Virus record (IMG/VR): IMGVR_UViG_2698536480_000001
Location: 1 to 32,093 of that record
Strand: one strand, 5' to 3'
Source of the DNA: a virus
Lineage: Duplodnaviria > Heunggongvirae > Uroviricota > Caudoviricetes
Length of the DNA stretch: 32,093 bases
Part shown: positions 7,985 to 16,423 of the stretch, in pieces
Numbering within the stretch: the stretch's first letter is position 1
Layout of the letters: each line of letters begins with the position of its first letter
Notes under the pieces: generated by a model
The model's database searches: none
Told to the model about the DNA's origin: nothing
What the model saw: only the letters and a program-made list of their open reading frames with translations
Program-made: the position numbers and the translations under genes

Positions 7985-8170
7985 ATGAGTCGACGAAGTA
8001 GCTTTTTGGGGTTTGTAATATTCCTGTCCTGCACTGGTTACATCGTAATCTGGTCAATTTCGAACATTGACCGTGGCGGGGAATATCTCATTGTAATGTT
8101 CTTTCCTTTGTTTCTTGGGTGGTACGCCGCAAGGTTGCTGGAAGAATGGGGTTACAGGCATAAAAAATAA
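7985..8170 (+). CDS. hypothetical small membrane protein (61 aa)
   Basis: ATG at 7985 with SD AAGGAG 5 nt upstream (track GTG start at 7979 overlaps the previous stop); two hydrophobic segments. Confidence 0.45.
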   Translation: MSRRSSFLGFVIFLSCTGYIVIWSISNIDRGGEYLIVMFFPLFLGWYAARLLEEWGYRHKK

Positions 8171-8181
8171 AGGAGTGTTCA

Positions 8182-8592
8182 GTGAAGCAAACAATATTCC
8201 TCCGAACTAAGCAACAACAGCAAGCCGCAATCAACGCCATCCTCGCAACTCCTCTCGATAAAGACAAGCCAGTCACCATCCGCATTACTGACTACAAGCG
8301 AAATCTTGACCAGAACGCAAAATTTCACGCGATGGTCGCAGATATCGCCAGGCAAGTTCAGTGGCGCGATAAATGGTTAAAACCAGAACAATGGAAGGTT
8401 TTGTTGATCAGCGGTCATGCAGTGGCAACAAAGCAGGAAGCTGATGTTTTGCCCGGGCTTGAAGGCGAATACGTCAACATCCGCGAAAGCAGCGCGCAGA
8501 TGAGTGTGAAGCGTATGGCAAGTCTGATTGAGTACACAACAGCGTGGGCTATTGGTCAGGGTGTCAGATTTACCGACAGGAGGTACGAATGA
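8182..8592 (+). CDS. ninB: NinB (Orf-family recombination mediator)
   Basis: 136 aa; [30 protein letters not shown] parallels lambda NinB (VTIQERNRSLDQNRKLWACLGDVSRQVEW); GTG start with SD AGGAG. Confidence 0.85.
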   Translation: MKQTIFLRTKQQQQAAINAILATPLDKDKPVTIRITDYKRNLDQNAKFHAMVADIARQVQWRDKWLKPEQWKVLLISGHAVATKQEADVLPGLEGEYVNIRESSAQMSVKRMASLIEYTTAWAIGQGVRFTDRRYE

Positions 8593-8765
8593 GACGACAG
8601 CGACGAAGTTTCACCGACATCATCTGCGAAAACTGCAAATACCTTCCAACGAAACGCTCCAGAAATAAACGCAAGCCAATCCCCAAAGAATCTGACGTAA
8701 AAACTTTCAACTACACGGCTCACCTGTGGGATATCCGGTGGCTAAGACATCGTGCGAGGAAATGA
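8589..8765 (+). CDS. ninE: NinE
   Basis: [58 protein letters not shown] is near-identical to lambda NinE as recalled; ATG at 8589 overlaps the ninB stop. Confidence 0.8.
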   Translation: MRRQRRSFTDIICENCKYLPTKRSRNKRKPIPKESDVKTFNYTAHLWDIRWLRHRARK

Positions 8766-8767
8766 CA

Positions 8768-9115
8768 ATGGATTATTCACAGTTAAGTGATTTTGAAATT
8801 AACAAGCGAGTATTTAAAGTGATAGTTGGGGCAAAACCATTAGGTTATCCGCACAACGCAGATGGACGGTCTGTTGGCAATGAAGCAAATGGTAATTATC
8901 GATGGTACGACTACTGCAATAACCCAGCAGACGCATGGCCTGTAATCGCAAAACATCAGATCAGCATATGTGCATACGAAAGAAATAATCCTGGAATGAA
9001 GAATGAATATTGGTGGGAGGCGGATAGATTTTGTGAATTTATTACCATAGACAATAACCCACTCCGCGCCGCCATGATTGTCTTTCTCATGATGCAGGAC
9101 GCTAATAATGCTTAG
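8768..9115 (+). CDS. hypothetical nin-region protein (NinX-like position)
   Basis: ORF between ninE and ninF; start ATG at 8768 (or 8762); family name uncertain. Confidence 0.6.
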   Translation: MDYSQLSDFEINKRVFKVIVGAKPLGYPHNADGRSVGNEANGNYRWYDYCNNPADAWPVIAKHQISICAYERNNPGMKNEYWWEADRFCEFITIDNNPLRAAMIVFLMMQDANNA

Positions 9116-9284
9116 CCCATCCCAATCCCTTCAATACCAGAAAGAAAGCGTCGAGCGAGCTTTAACGTGCGCTAACTGCGGTCAGAAGCTGCATGTGCTG
9201 GAAGTTCACGTGTGCTCAGATTGCTGCGCAGAACTGATGAGCGATCCGAATAGCTCAATGTACGAGGAAGAAGACGATGAATGA
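9108..9284 (+). CDS. ninF: NinF
   Basis: 58-aa ORF MLSPSQSLQYQKESVERALTCANCGQKLHVLEVHVCSDCCAELMSDPNSSMYEEEDDE, near-identical to lambda NinF as recalled; below the ORF-track cut-off, found by manual translation. Confidence 0.8.
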   Translation: MLSPSQSLQYQKESVERALTCANCGQKLHVLEVHVCSDCCAELMSDPNSSMYEEEDDE

Positions 9285-9999
9285 GTTAATAAATGGCAAT
9301 GCTATCAAAATGACAAGCATTGAAATCGCTGAGTTGGTGGGTAAGCGTCATGACAATGTGAAACGTACCATCGAAACGCTGGCTAAAAATGGTGTTATCC
9401 GGCTTCCTCAAATTGAGGTTTCCGAAAGAATCAATAACTTAGGGTTCAATGTTCAGTACGAGCATTACGTCTTCGAAGGCGAACAAGGTAAGCGAGACAG
9501 TATTGTCGTTGTTGCCCAGTTGTCGCCGGAATTCACCGCTCGTCTTGTTGACCGTTGGCGAGAGCTTGAGGAAACTGCGGTTAATATCCCCAAAACGCTA
9601 CCAGAAGCGTTGCGCCTTGCTGCTGATCTTGCTGAGCAGAAAATGCAACTGGAAAACCAGCTCGCAATTGCCGCACCTAAAGTTGAGTTTGCCGATCGCG
9701 TTGGCGAGGCCAGCGGAATTTTGATTGGAAACTTTGCAAAGGTTGTTGGAATTGGTCCAAACAAACTGTTTGCGTGGATGCGCGATCACAAAATCCTTAT
9801 TGCTTCAGGTTCCCGGCGAAATGTGCCAATGCAGGAATATATGGATCGCGGCTATTTCACAGTGAAAGAAACAGCGGTCAACACAAATCACGGAATACAG
9901 ATATCGTTCACCACAAAAATCACCGGGCGTGGTCAACAGTGGCTGACCAGAAAGCTGCACGATAACGGAATGCTGAAAGTAACAGGGGAGGCTGCTTAA
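9277..9999 (+). CDS. antirepressor-like protein (Rha-type N-terminal domain plus KilA-C/ANT C-terminal domain)
   Basis: 240 aa; N-terminus SIEIAELVGKRHDNVKRTIETL is Rha-like; C-terminal domain resembles the antirepressor KilA-C fold; inserted between ninF and the ybcO-like gene. Confidence 0.75.
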   Translation: MNELINGNAIKMTSIEIAELVGKRHDNVKRTIETLAKNGVIRLPQIEVSERINNLGFNVQYEHYVFEGEQGKRDSIVVVAQLSPEFTARLVDRWRELEETAVNIPKTLPEALRLAADLAEQKMQLENQLAIAAPKVEFADRVGEASGILIGNFAKVVGIGPNKLFAWMRDHKILIASGSRRNVPMQEYMDRGYFTVKETAVNTNHGIQISFTTKITGRGQQWLTRKLHDNGMLKVTGEAA

Positions 10000-10289
10000 T
10001 GGCTAACCTACGCAAAGAAGCGCGCGGAAGAGAATGTCAGGTACGTATTTACGGCGTATGCAATGGCAACCCTGAAACTACAGTTCTGGCGCATTACCGG
10101 ATGGCTGGAATTTGCGGAACTGGAATGAAGCCTGACGACCTGATCGGCGCATGGGCTTGTAGCGCGTGTCACGATGAAATCGACCGACGCACCCATAACC
10201 TCGACAACAAAGACGCCAGACTTTACCACCTCGAAGGCGTAATCAGGACGCAGGCGATACTGCTGAAGGAGGGGAAGATTAAGTCATGA
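9999..10289 (+). CDS. YbcO-like (DUF1364) protein, putative nuclease
   Basis: 96 aa; RGRECQVRIYGVCNGNPETTVLAH...CSACHDEIDRRTH parallels E. coli DLP12 YbcO; sits immediately upstream of rusA as in other lambdoid prophages. Confidence 0.7.
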   Translation: MANLRKEARGRECQVRIYGVCNGNPETTVLAHYRMAGICGTGMKPDDLIGAWACSACHDEIDRRTHNLDNKDARLYHLEGVIRTQAILLKEGKIKS

Positions 10290-10648
10290 ACGAATATCAG
10301 TTTGTGCTTCCATACCCACCGTCGGTGAATACCTACTGGCGAAGACGGGGAAGCCAATACTACATCAGCGATAAAGGCCAGAAATACCAAAAAGACGTTC
10401 AGCAAATCATCCACCAACTCAAGTTAGATATTTTCACCAAATCACGACTCCGCATCAAAGTCATCGCAGACGTTCCAGACTCCCGCCGCCGCGACCTCGA
10501 TAACATCCTGAAAGGTTTACTCGACTCCCTTATCCACGCCGGATTTGCGGAAGACGACGAGCAATTCGATGACATTCGCGTAATTCGTGGTGTGAAAGTA
10601 CCAGGCGGACGGCTTGGAATAAAAATCACCGAACTGGAGAACGTATGA
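10286..10648 (+). CDS. rusA: RusA Holliday-junction resolvase
   Basis: 120 aa; PDSRRRDLDNILKGLLDSL and VPGGRLGIKITEL match RusA motifs (PDRRRRDLDNLQKA, KGGRLELTITEM). Confidence 0.88.
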   Translation: MNEYQFVLPYPPSVNTYWRRRGSQYYISDKGQKYQKDVQQIIHQLKLDIFTKSRLRIKVIADVPDSRRRDLDNILKGLLDSLIHAGFAEDDEQFDDIRVIRGVKVPGGRLGIKITELENV

Positions 10649-10833
10649 ACGCCACAATTCAAACGATACCAGAGCTTCTTATCCAGACACGAGGCAATCA
10701 GACCGAAGTGGCGAGGATGCTTTCCTGCGCAAGAGGAACAGTGCTCAAGTACAACCGAGACAACAAAGGCGAGCGTCACGTAATAGTTAACGGCGTCCTG
10801 ATGGTCAAACAGGGCAAGAGGGGAAGACCATGA
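10645..10833 (+). CDS. ninH: NinH-like protein
   Basis: 62 aa; TIPELLIQTRGNQTEVARMLSCARGTVLKY parallels lambda NinH (TIPDMLVEAYGNQTEVARRLKCSRGTVRKY). Confidence 0.7.
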   Translation: MNATIQTIPELLIQTRGNQTEVARMLSCARGTVLKYNRDNKGERHVIVNGVLMVKQGKRGRP

Positions 10834-11453
10834 GACTCGAAAGCGTAGCTAAATTTCATTCGCCAAAAAGCCCGATGATGAGCGACTCACCACGGGCTAC
10901 GGCTTCTGACTCTCTTTCCGGTACTGATGTGATGGCTGCTATGGGGATGGCGCAATCACAAGCCGGATTCGGAATGGCTGCATTCTGCGGTAAGCATGAA
11001 CTCAGCCAGAACGACAAACAAAAGGCTATCAACTATCTGATGCAATTTGCACACAAGGTATCGGGGAAATACCGTGGTGTGGCAAAGCTTGAAGGAAATA
11101 CTAAGGCAAAGGTACTGCAAGTTCTCGCAACATTCGCTTATGCGGATTATTGCCATAGTGCCGCGACGCCGGGCGCAAGATGCAGAGATTGCCACGGTAC
11201 AGGCCGTGCGGTTGATATAGCAAAAACAGAGCAGTGGGGGAGAGTTGTCGAGAAAGAGTGCGGAAGATGCAAAGGCGTCGGCTATTCAAGAATGCCAGCA
11301 AGCGCTGCATATCGCGCTGTAACGATGCTAATCCCAAACCTTACTCAACCCACCTGGTCACGCACTGTTAAGCCACTGTATGACGCTCTGGTGGTGCAAT
11401 GCCACAAAGAAGAGTCAATCGCAGACAACATTTTGAATGCGGTCACACGTTAG
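10830..11453 (+). CDS. Q: late-gene antiterminator Q (lambda Q-type)
   Basis: 207 aa, essentially identical over its length to lambda Q as recalled (MRLESVAKFHSPKSPMMSDSPRATASDSLSG...); followed by PR'. Confidence 0.93.
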   Translation: MRLESVAKFHSPKSPMMSDSPRATASDSLSGTDVMAAMGMAQSQAGFGMAAFCGKHELSQNDKQKAINYLMQFAHKVSGKYRGVAKLEGNTKAKVLQVLATFAYADYCHSAATPGARCRDCHGTGRAVDIAKTEQWGRVVEKECGRCKGVGYSRMPASAAYRAVTMLIPNLTQPTWSRTVKPLYDALVVQCHKEESIADNILNAVTR

Positions 11454-11495
11454 CAGCATGATTGCCACGGATGGCAACATATTAACGGCATGATA

Positions 11496-11524
11496 TTGAC
11501 TTTTTGAATAAAGTTGGGTAAATT
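11496..11524 (+). promoter_or_regulatory. late promoter PR' with qut region
   Basis: -35 TTGACT (11496-11501), 17-bp spacer, -10 TAAATT (11519-11524); context TTGACTTTTTGAATAAAGTTGGGTAAATTTGACTCAACGATGG is lambda PR'-like. Confidence 0.65.
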
Positions 11525-11560
11525 TGACTCAACGATGGATAAATGCACTCGTTAAATAAA

Positions 11561-11589
11561 GCCCTGAGTTAATAGCTCAGGGCTTTTTG
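11561..11589 (+). terminator. intrinsic terminator downstream of PR' (tR'-like)
   Basis: Hairpin GCCCTGAG-TTAATAG-CTCAGGGC followed by TTTTTG, about 55-60 nt downstream of the PR' start. Confidence 0.6.
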
Positions 11590-11886
11590 CGTTTTAAGCA
11601 CGGCCTTTCTGAAAGCACATCAAACCAAATACCAGACAGACAAAAATAATCACCTTATCCGCTGTGGCTACGGTGCGGTGTGCTTTGCATAAAAGAAAAC
11701 CAGCGCAATGGCTGGCTTCGTGAAAGCGGGTGGCAAGAGGCTGCGCTAACAACCTCCTGCCGTTTTGCCCGTGCATATCGGTCACGAACAAATCTGATTA
11801 CTAAACACAGTAGCCTGGATTTGTTCTATCAGTAATCGACCTTATTCCTAATTAAATAGAGCAAATCCCCTTATTGGGGGTAAGAC

Positions 11887-12210
11887 ATGAAGATGCCAGA
11901 AAAACATGACCTGTTAGCCGCCATTCTCGCGGCAAAGGAACAAGGCATCGGGGCAATCCTTGCGTTTGCAATGGCGTACCTTCGCGGCAGATATAATGGC
12001 GGTGCGTTTACAAAAACAGTAATCGACGCAACGATGTGCGCCATTATCGCCTGGTTCATTCGTGACCTTCTCGACTTCGCCGGACTAAGTAGCAATCTCG
12101 CTTATATAACGAGCGTGTTCATCGGCTACATCGGTACTGACTCGATTGGTTCGCTTATCAAACGCTTCGCTGCTAAAAAAGCCGGAGTAGAAGATGGTGG
12201 AAATCAATAA
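11887..12210 (+). CDS. S: holin S (lambda S, class I holin with dual-start motif)
   Basis: 107 aa, essentially identical to lambda S ([39 protein letters not shown]...), including the Met1-Lys2-Met3 dual start. Confidence 0.95.
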   Translation: MKMPEKHDLLAAILAAKEQGIGAILAFAMAYLRGRYNGGAFTKTVIDATMCAIIAWFIRDLLDFAGLSSNLAYITSVFIGYIGTDSIGSLIKRFAAKKAGVEDGGNQ

Positions 12211-12670
12211 TCAACGTAAGGCGTTCCTCGATATGCTGGCGTGGTCAGAGGGAACTGATAACGGACGTCAAAAAACCAGAAATCATGGTTATGACGTCAT
12301 TGTTGGCGGAGAGCTATTCACTGATTACTCCGATCACCCTCGCAAACTTGTCACGCTAAACCCCAAACTCAAATCAACAGCCGCAGGACGTTACCAGCTT
12401 CTTTCCCGTTGGTGGGATGCCTACCGCAAGCAGCTTGGCCTGAAAGACTTCTCTCCGAAAAGTCAGGACGCTGTGGCATTGCAGCAGATTAAGGAGCGTG
12501 GCGCTTTGCCGATGATTGATCGCGGTGATATCCGTCAGGCAATCGACCGTTGCAGCAATATCTGGGCTTCACTGCCGGGTGCTGGTTATGGCCAGTTCGA
12601 GCATAAGGCTGACAGCCTGATTGCAAAATTCAAAGAAGCAGGCGGAACGGTCAGAGAGGTTGAGGTATGA
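12194..12670 (+). CDS. R: endolysin R (lambda-type lytic transglycosylase)
   Basis: 158 aa, near-identical to lambda R ([39 protein letters not shown]...). Confidence 0.95.
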   Translation: MVEINNQRKAFLDMLAWSEGTDNGRQKTRNHGYDVIVGGELFTDYSDHPRKLVTLNPKLKSTAAGRYQLLSRWWDAYRKQLGLKDFSPKSQDAVALQQIKERGALPMIDRGDIRQAIDRCSNIWASLPGAGYGQFEHKADSLIAKFKEAGGTVREVEV

Positions 12671-13104
12671 GCAGAGTCACCGCGATTATTTCCGCTCTGG
12701 TTATCTGCATCATCGTCTGCCTGTTATGGGCTGTTAATCATTACCGTGATAACGCCATCGCCTACAAAGAGCAGCGCGACAAAGCCGCATCCATCATCGC
12801 TGACATGCAGAAGCGTCAACGTGATATAGCAGAACTAGACGCCAGATACACAAAGGAGCTTGCTGATGCTAACGCGACTATCGAAAGTCTCCGTGCTGAT
12901 GTTTCTGCTGGGCGTAAGCGCCTGCAAGTCGCCGCCACCTGTGCAAAGTCAACGACCGGAGCCAGCAGCATGGGCGATGGAGAAAGCCCAAGACTTACAG
13001 CAGATGCTGAACTCAATTATTACCGTCTACGAAGCGGAATCGACAGGATAACCGCGCAGGTTAACTACCTGCAGGAGTACATCAGGACTCAGTGCCTGAA
13101 ATAA
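12667..13104 (+). CDS. Rz: i-spanin Rz
   Basis: 145 aa; N-terminal TM anchor and coiled-coil periplasmic domain; N-terminus matches lambda Rz, the remainder diverges. Confidence 0.85.
   Translation: MSRVTAIISALVICIIVCLLWAVNHYRDNAIAYKEQRDKAASIIADMQKRQRDIAELDARYTKELADANATIESLRADVSAGRKRLQVAATCAKSTTGASSMGDGESPRLTADAELNYYRLRSGIDRITAQVNYLQEYIRTQCLK
12860..13051 (+). CDS. Rz1: o-spanin Rz1 (lipoprotein embedded in the +1 frame of Rz)
   Basis: 63-aa ORF wholly inside Rz in another frame; signal peptide with lipobox-like LLGVSAC followed by a proline-rich stretch (KSPPPVQ). Confidence 0.6.
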   Translation: MLMLTRLSKVSVLMFLLGVSACKSPPPVQSQRPEPAAWAMEKAQDLQQMLNSIITVYEAESTG

Positions 13105-13135
13105 TTTTTTTGCAAATCACAAAGTCTATTTAATG

Positions 13136-13160
13136 AGCCTCGCGATGCGGGGCTTTTTTA
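13136..13160 (+). terminator. intrinsic terminator after the lysis cassette
   Basis: AGCCTCGC-GAT-GCGGGGCT hairpin (one G-U pair) followed by TTTTTT. Confidence 0.55.
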
Positions 13161-13308
13161 CATCTGAATTTCACAGCGCATCTCACGCGCATATTACATC
13201 ACCCGAGCCTTTCAGAAAGTTGAGCCTGAGAACTGCCGTATATGGTGGCGACCATCTCGGGGCGGCTTTTCTGTGAGACAGGCTCACTTTCTAAAAGGTA
13301 AAGACGCT

Positions 13309-13827
13309 ATGAATCATCAATTGGCTAATCTCGATTTCCGGGACATGGTGGTTGTTTCTGGTGATCGCGTGATCACAACCTCCCGCAAGGTAGCAGCTTA
13401 CTTCGACAAGCAGCATCACCACATCATTCAGAAAATCGAAAAGCTAGACTGTTCGGATGAATTTCTAACCAGCAACTTTTCGCGGGTTACCTATGAACAC
13501 AAGGGTAATCAGTATGTTGAATATGAAATTTCCAAAGACGGTGCGATGTACATCATCATGTCGTTTACCGGCAAAAAAGCTGCCGCCATCAAAGAGGCGT
13601 TTATCAAAGCATTTAATTGGATGCGTGACAGGCTGATGGAGATGGCTCACTCATACCAAAGAGAGCACAACGAGTTAATGCTGGAGTTCATGAAGGAAAA
13701 GGATGTTGCCAGTATGTCAGGACGCTTGCTGAACCGCTGGGGCAGGATCAAAAAACCGCAACTCATAGCAAGAATCAAAAGGCTTGAGCAGCAGGCGCAA
13801 ATATCGATCCCCGGACTGCCAAAGTGA
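13309..13827 (+). CDS. rha: phage regulatory protein Rha (P22 orf201-like)
   Basis: Rha-type N-terminal domain (VITTSRKVAAYFDKQHHHIIQKIEKL); positioned between lysis genes and orf80/terminase as in P22; ATG at 13309 preferred over the track GTG at 13273. Confidence 0.8.
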   Translation: MNHQLANLDFRDMVVVSGDRVITTSRKVAAYFDKQHHHIIQKIEKLDCSDEFLTSNFSRVTYEHKGNQYVEYEISKDGAMYIIMSFTGKKAAAIKEAFIKAFNWMRDRLMEMAHSYQREHNELMLEFMKEKDVASMSGRLLNRWGRIKKPQLIARIKRLEQQAQISIPGLPK

Positions 13828-14179
13828 CCATTCCAAAGCCCATCTACGGGTGGGCTTGATAATGAAACCGTGATTTACATCCCCACAATCCGGGTATGTA
13901 AAAGATAGTTCAGGCGAGAACAGATTTAACTAAATCTGTGCACCACCAGTTACGGCAGTACCACGAAGCAACCCAAGCCAGTAAGTGGGGAAATAACACT
14001 GGCAGCCACTGAAAGATGAACCTCCAGCCTTATGGCAAAAAAGATTCTTTGTGGTGGCGGACTGATGGAAAGACATCGGTTATTGCAGAGGCCATTCAAT
14101 GAGTGGTCTCGACAATGGCTTATACCCTACACGGGATAACTTAACTGACATCCCTTTTAACGGATAAACGGAGCCAACA

Positions 14180-14422
14180 ATGGCAGAGATTATTCCCATG
14201 ACTGAAGAACAGAAATTCCAGTTAGAGATTTATAAACTGGTCATGAACCAGAACGCAGCCGCAGAAGAAGCATTTCAATTCATTGGCACTGACGAACTGA
14301 AGCTTGAGCTATTCAAAATTCACTTCCAGTCAGGCGGCGCTAATTCAGATATCACGACCCGTACTATCGAAGCGGTGCGTAAATCGAAGGAAGCGTTAGA
14401 CCTGTTCACTACCGGAGCATGA
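14180..14422 (+). CDS. hypothetical protein (P22 orf80-like position)
   Basis: 80-aa ORF immediately upstream of the small terminase gene, SD GGAG before the ATG. Confidence 0.65.
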   Translation: MAEIIPMTEEQKFQLEIYKLVMNQNAAAEEAFQFIGTDELKLELFKIHFQSGGANSDITTRTIEAVRKSKEALDLFTTGA

Positions 14423-14457
14423 TGCTCAACCTGAAATAACAACTAAGTGAGATGAAT

Positions 14458-14946
14458 ATGGCAGCACCAAAGGGCAACCGATTTTGGGAGGCCCGCAGTA
14501 GTCATGGGCGAAACCCTAAATTCGAATCGCCTGAGGCGCTGTGGGCTGCTTGTTGTGAATACTTCGAGTGGGTGGAAACTAACCCGCTATGGGAGATGAA
14601 GGCGTTCTCGTATCAGGGTGAAGTGATACAAGAGCCTATCGCCAAGATGCGAGCGATGACCATCACCGGACTCACTCTGTTCATTGATGTGACGCTTGAA
14701 ACATGGCGCACATATCGCCTGCGAGAAGATTTATCTGAAGTCGTTACGCGAGCAGAGCAGGTCATCTACGACCAGAAATTCTCTGGCGCAGCCGCTGACC
14801 TTCTCAACGCTAATATCATCGCCCGTGATTTGGGCCTCAAAGAGCAGTCGCAAGTTGAAGACGTGACACCTGATAAGGGAGATCGCGATAAGCGACGCTC
14901 TCGTATCAAGGAGCTATTCAACCGTGGAACTGGACGCGATTCTTGA
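14458..14946 (+). CDS. terminase small subunit (P22 gp3-type)
   Basis: 162 aa from the ATG at 14458; contains the pac-like sequence; overlaps the large terminase start. Confidence 0.85.
   Translation: MAAPKGNRFWEARSSHGRNPKFESPEALWAACCEYFEWVETNPLWEMKAFSYQGEVIQEPIAKMRAMTITGLTLFIDVTLETWRTYRLREDLSEVVTRAEQVIYDQKFSGAAADLLNANIIARDLGLKEQSQVEDVTPDKGDRDKRRSRIKELFNRGTGRDS
14725..14752 (+). other. putative pac site for headful packaging, inside the small terminase gene
   Basis: GAAGATTTATCTGAAGTCGTTACGCGAG matches my recollection of the P22 pac site within gene 3; not verified against a reference. Confidence 0.5.
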
Positions 14947-16423
14947 TAACTTGAGCGACGAAGAGCAAATCGAATTGCTCGAGCTACTCGAAGAAGAAGA
15001 GAACTACCGTAACACACACCTGCTATATGAATTTACGCCATACAGCAAACAGCGTGAGTTCATCGACGCCGGGCATGACTATCCAGAGCGCTGTTTTATG
15101 GCTGGTAACCAGCTTGGTAAGTCATTTACTGGTGCTGCTGAAGTCGCGTTTCACCTTACCGGGCGTTATCCGGGCACAAAAGGCTATCCTGCTGATGGTA
15201 AATATGGCGGTGAGTGGAAAGGTAAGCGTTTTTATGAGCCTGTTGTCTTTTGGATTGGTGGCGAGACAAACGAGACTGTAACCAAAACGACTCAACGCAT
15301 CCTGTGTGGTCGTATCGAAGAGAATGGTGAGCCAGGCTACGGTTCCATACCGAAAGAAGACATCATTAGCTGGAAGAAGTCTCCTTTCTTTCCGAACCTT
15401 GTTGATCATCTTCTGGTTAAGCATCACACGGCTGATGGCGTTGAAGATGGCATTTCAATCTGCTACTTCAAGCCATACTCGCAAGGCCGTGCTCGCTGGC
15501 AGGGTGATACAATCCATGGCGTGTGGTTTGACGAAGAACCACCATACAGCATTTATGGCGAAGGCCTTACCCGTACCAACAAATACGGGCAATTCTCAAT
15601 TCTGACGTTTACCCCGCTGATGGGGATGTCTGACGTTGTTACCAAGTTCCTGAAGAATCCCAGCAAGTCGCAGAAAGTGGTCAACATGACCATCTACGAC
15701 GCTGAGCACTACACCGACGAGCAAAAAGAGCAAATCATCGCATCCTATCCCGAGCATGAGAGAGAGGCGCGTGCTCGCGGTATTCCTACGATGGGTAGCG
15801 GTCGAATCTTCCAGATACCGGAAGAGACGATTAAGTGTCAGCCGTTCGAGTGTCCGGATCACTTCTACGTAATTGGCGGGATGGATTTCGGATGGGATCA
15901 CCCACAGGCGCAGGTTCAGCTTTGGTGGGATAAGGACGCAGACATAATCTACCTTTCACGCGTGTGGAAGGCGAAAGAAAAGACAGCCGTTCAGGCGTGG
16001 GGAGCCGTTAAACCATGGGCGCATAAAGTGCCAACCGCATGGCCCCATGACGGAAACCAGCACGAGAAGGGCGGCGGTGAGCAGCTCAAAGGGCAGTATG
16101 CGGACGCTGGATTTATGATGTTGCAGGAGCATGCGACATGGCCTGATGGCGGTAATGCTGTTGAGCCTGGAATCACTGAATTGCGCGACATGATGCTAGA
16201 TGGTCGCTTCAAGGTATTCAACACCTGTGAACCATTCTTTGAGGAATTCCGCCTCTATCACCGTGATGAAAACGGGAAGATCGTCAAGCTTAACGACGAC
16301 GTTCTCTCAGCCGTTCGCTATGCATACATGATGCGCCGCTTCGCCAAAATGATGCGCGACATCAAAAAACCAAAAGAGAAAAAGATACCAGCCCCAATCA
16401 GGCCCATCGCACGGAGAACTTAA
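14924..16423 (+). CDS. terminase large subunit (P22 gp2-type)
   Basis: 499 aa; near-identical to P22 gp2 as recalled; ATPase and nuclease domains. Confidence 0.95.
   Translation: MELDAILDNLSDEEQIELLELLEEEENYRNTHLLYEFTPYSKQREFIDAGHDYPERCFMAGNQLGKSFTGAAEVAFHLTGRYPGTKGYPADGKYGGEWKGKRFYEPVVFWIGGETNETVTKTTQRILCGRIEENGEPGYGSIPKEDIISWKKSPFFPNLVDHLLVKHHTADGVEDGISICYFKPYSQGRARWQGDTIHGVWFDEEPPYSIYGEGLTRTNKYGQFSILTFTPLMGMSDVVTKFLKNPSKSQKVVNMTIYDAEHYTDEQKEQIIASYPEHEREARARGIPTMGSGRIFQIPEETIKCQPFECPDHFYVIGGMDFGWDHPQAQVQLWWDKDADIIYLSRVWKAKEKTAVQAWGAVKPWAHKVPTAWPHDGNQHEKGGGEQLKGQYADAGFMMLQEHATWPDGGNAVEPGITELRDMMLDGRFKVFNTCEPFFEEFRLYHRDENGKIVKLNDDVLSAVRYAYMMRRFAKMMRDIKKPKEKKIPAPIRPIARRT

Noticed and set aside
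11594-11791. 65-aa ORF on the - strand between Q and S
   Set aside because: It sits in the PR' leader and late-terminator region, antisense to the late transcript, with no RBS; most likely non-coding.
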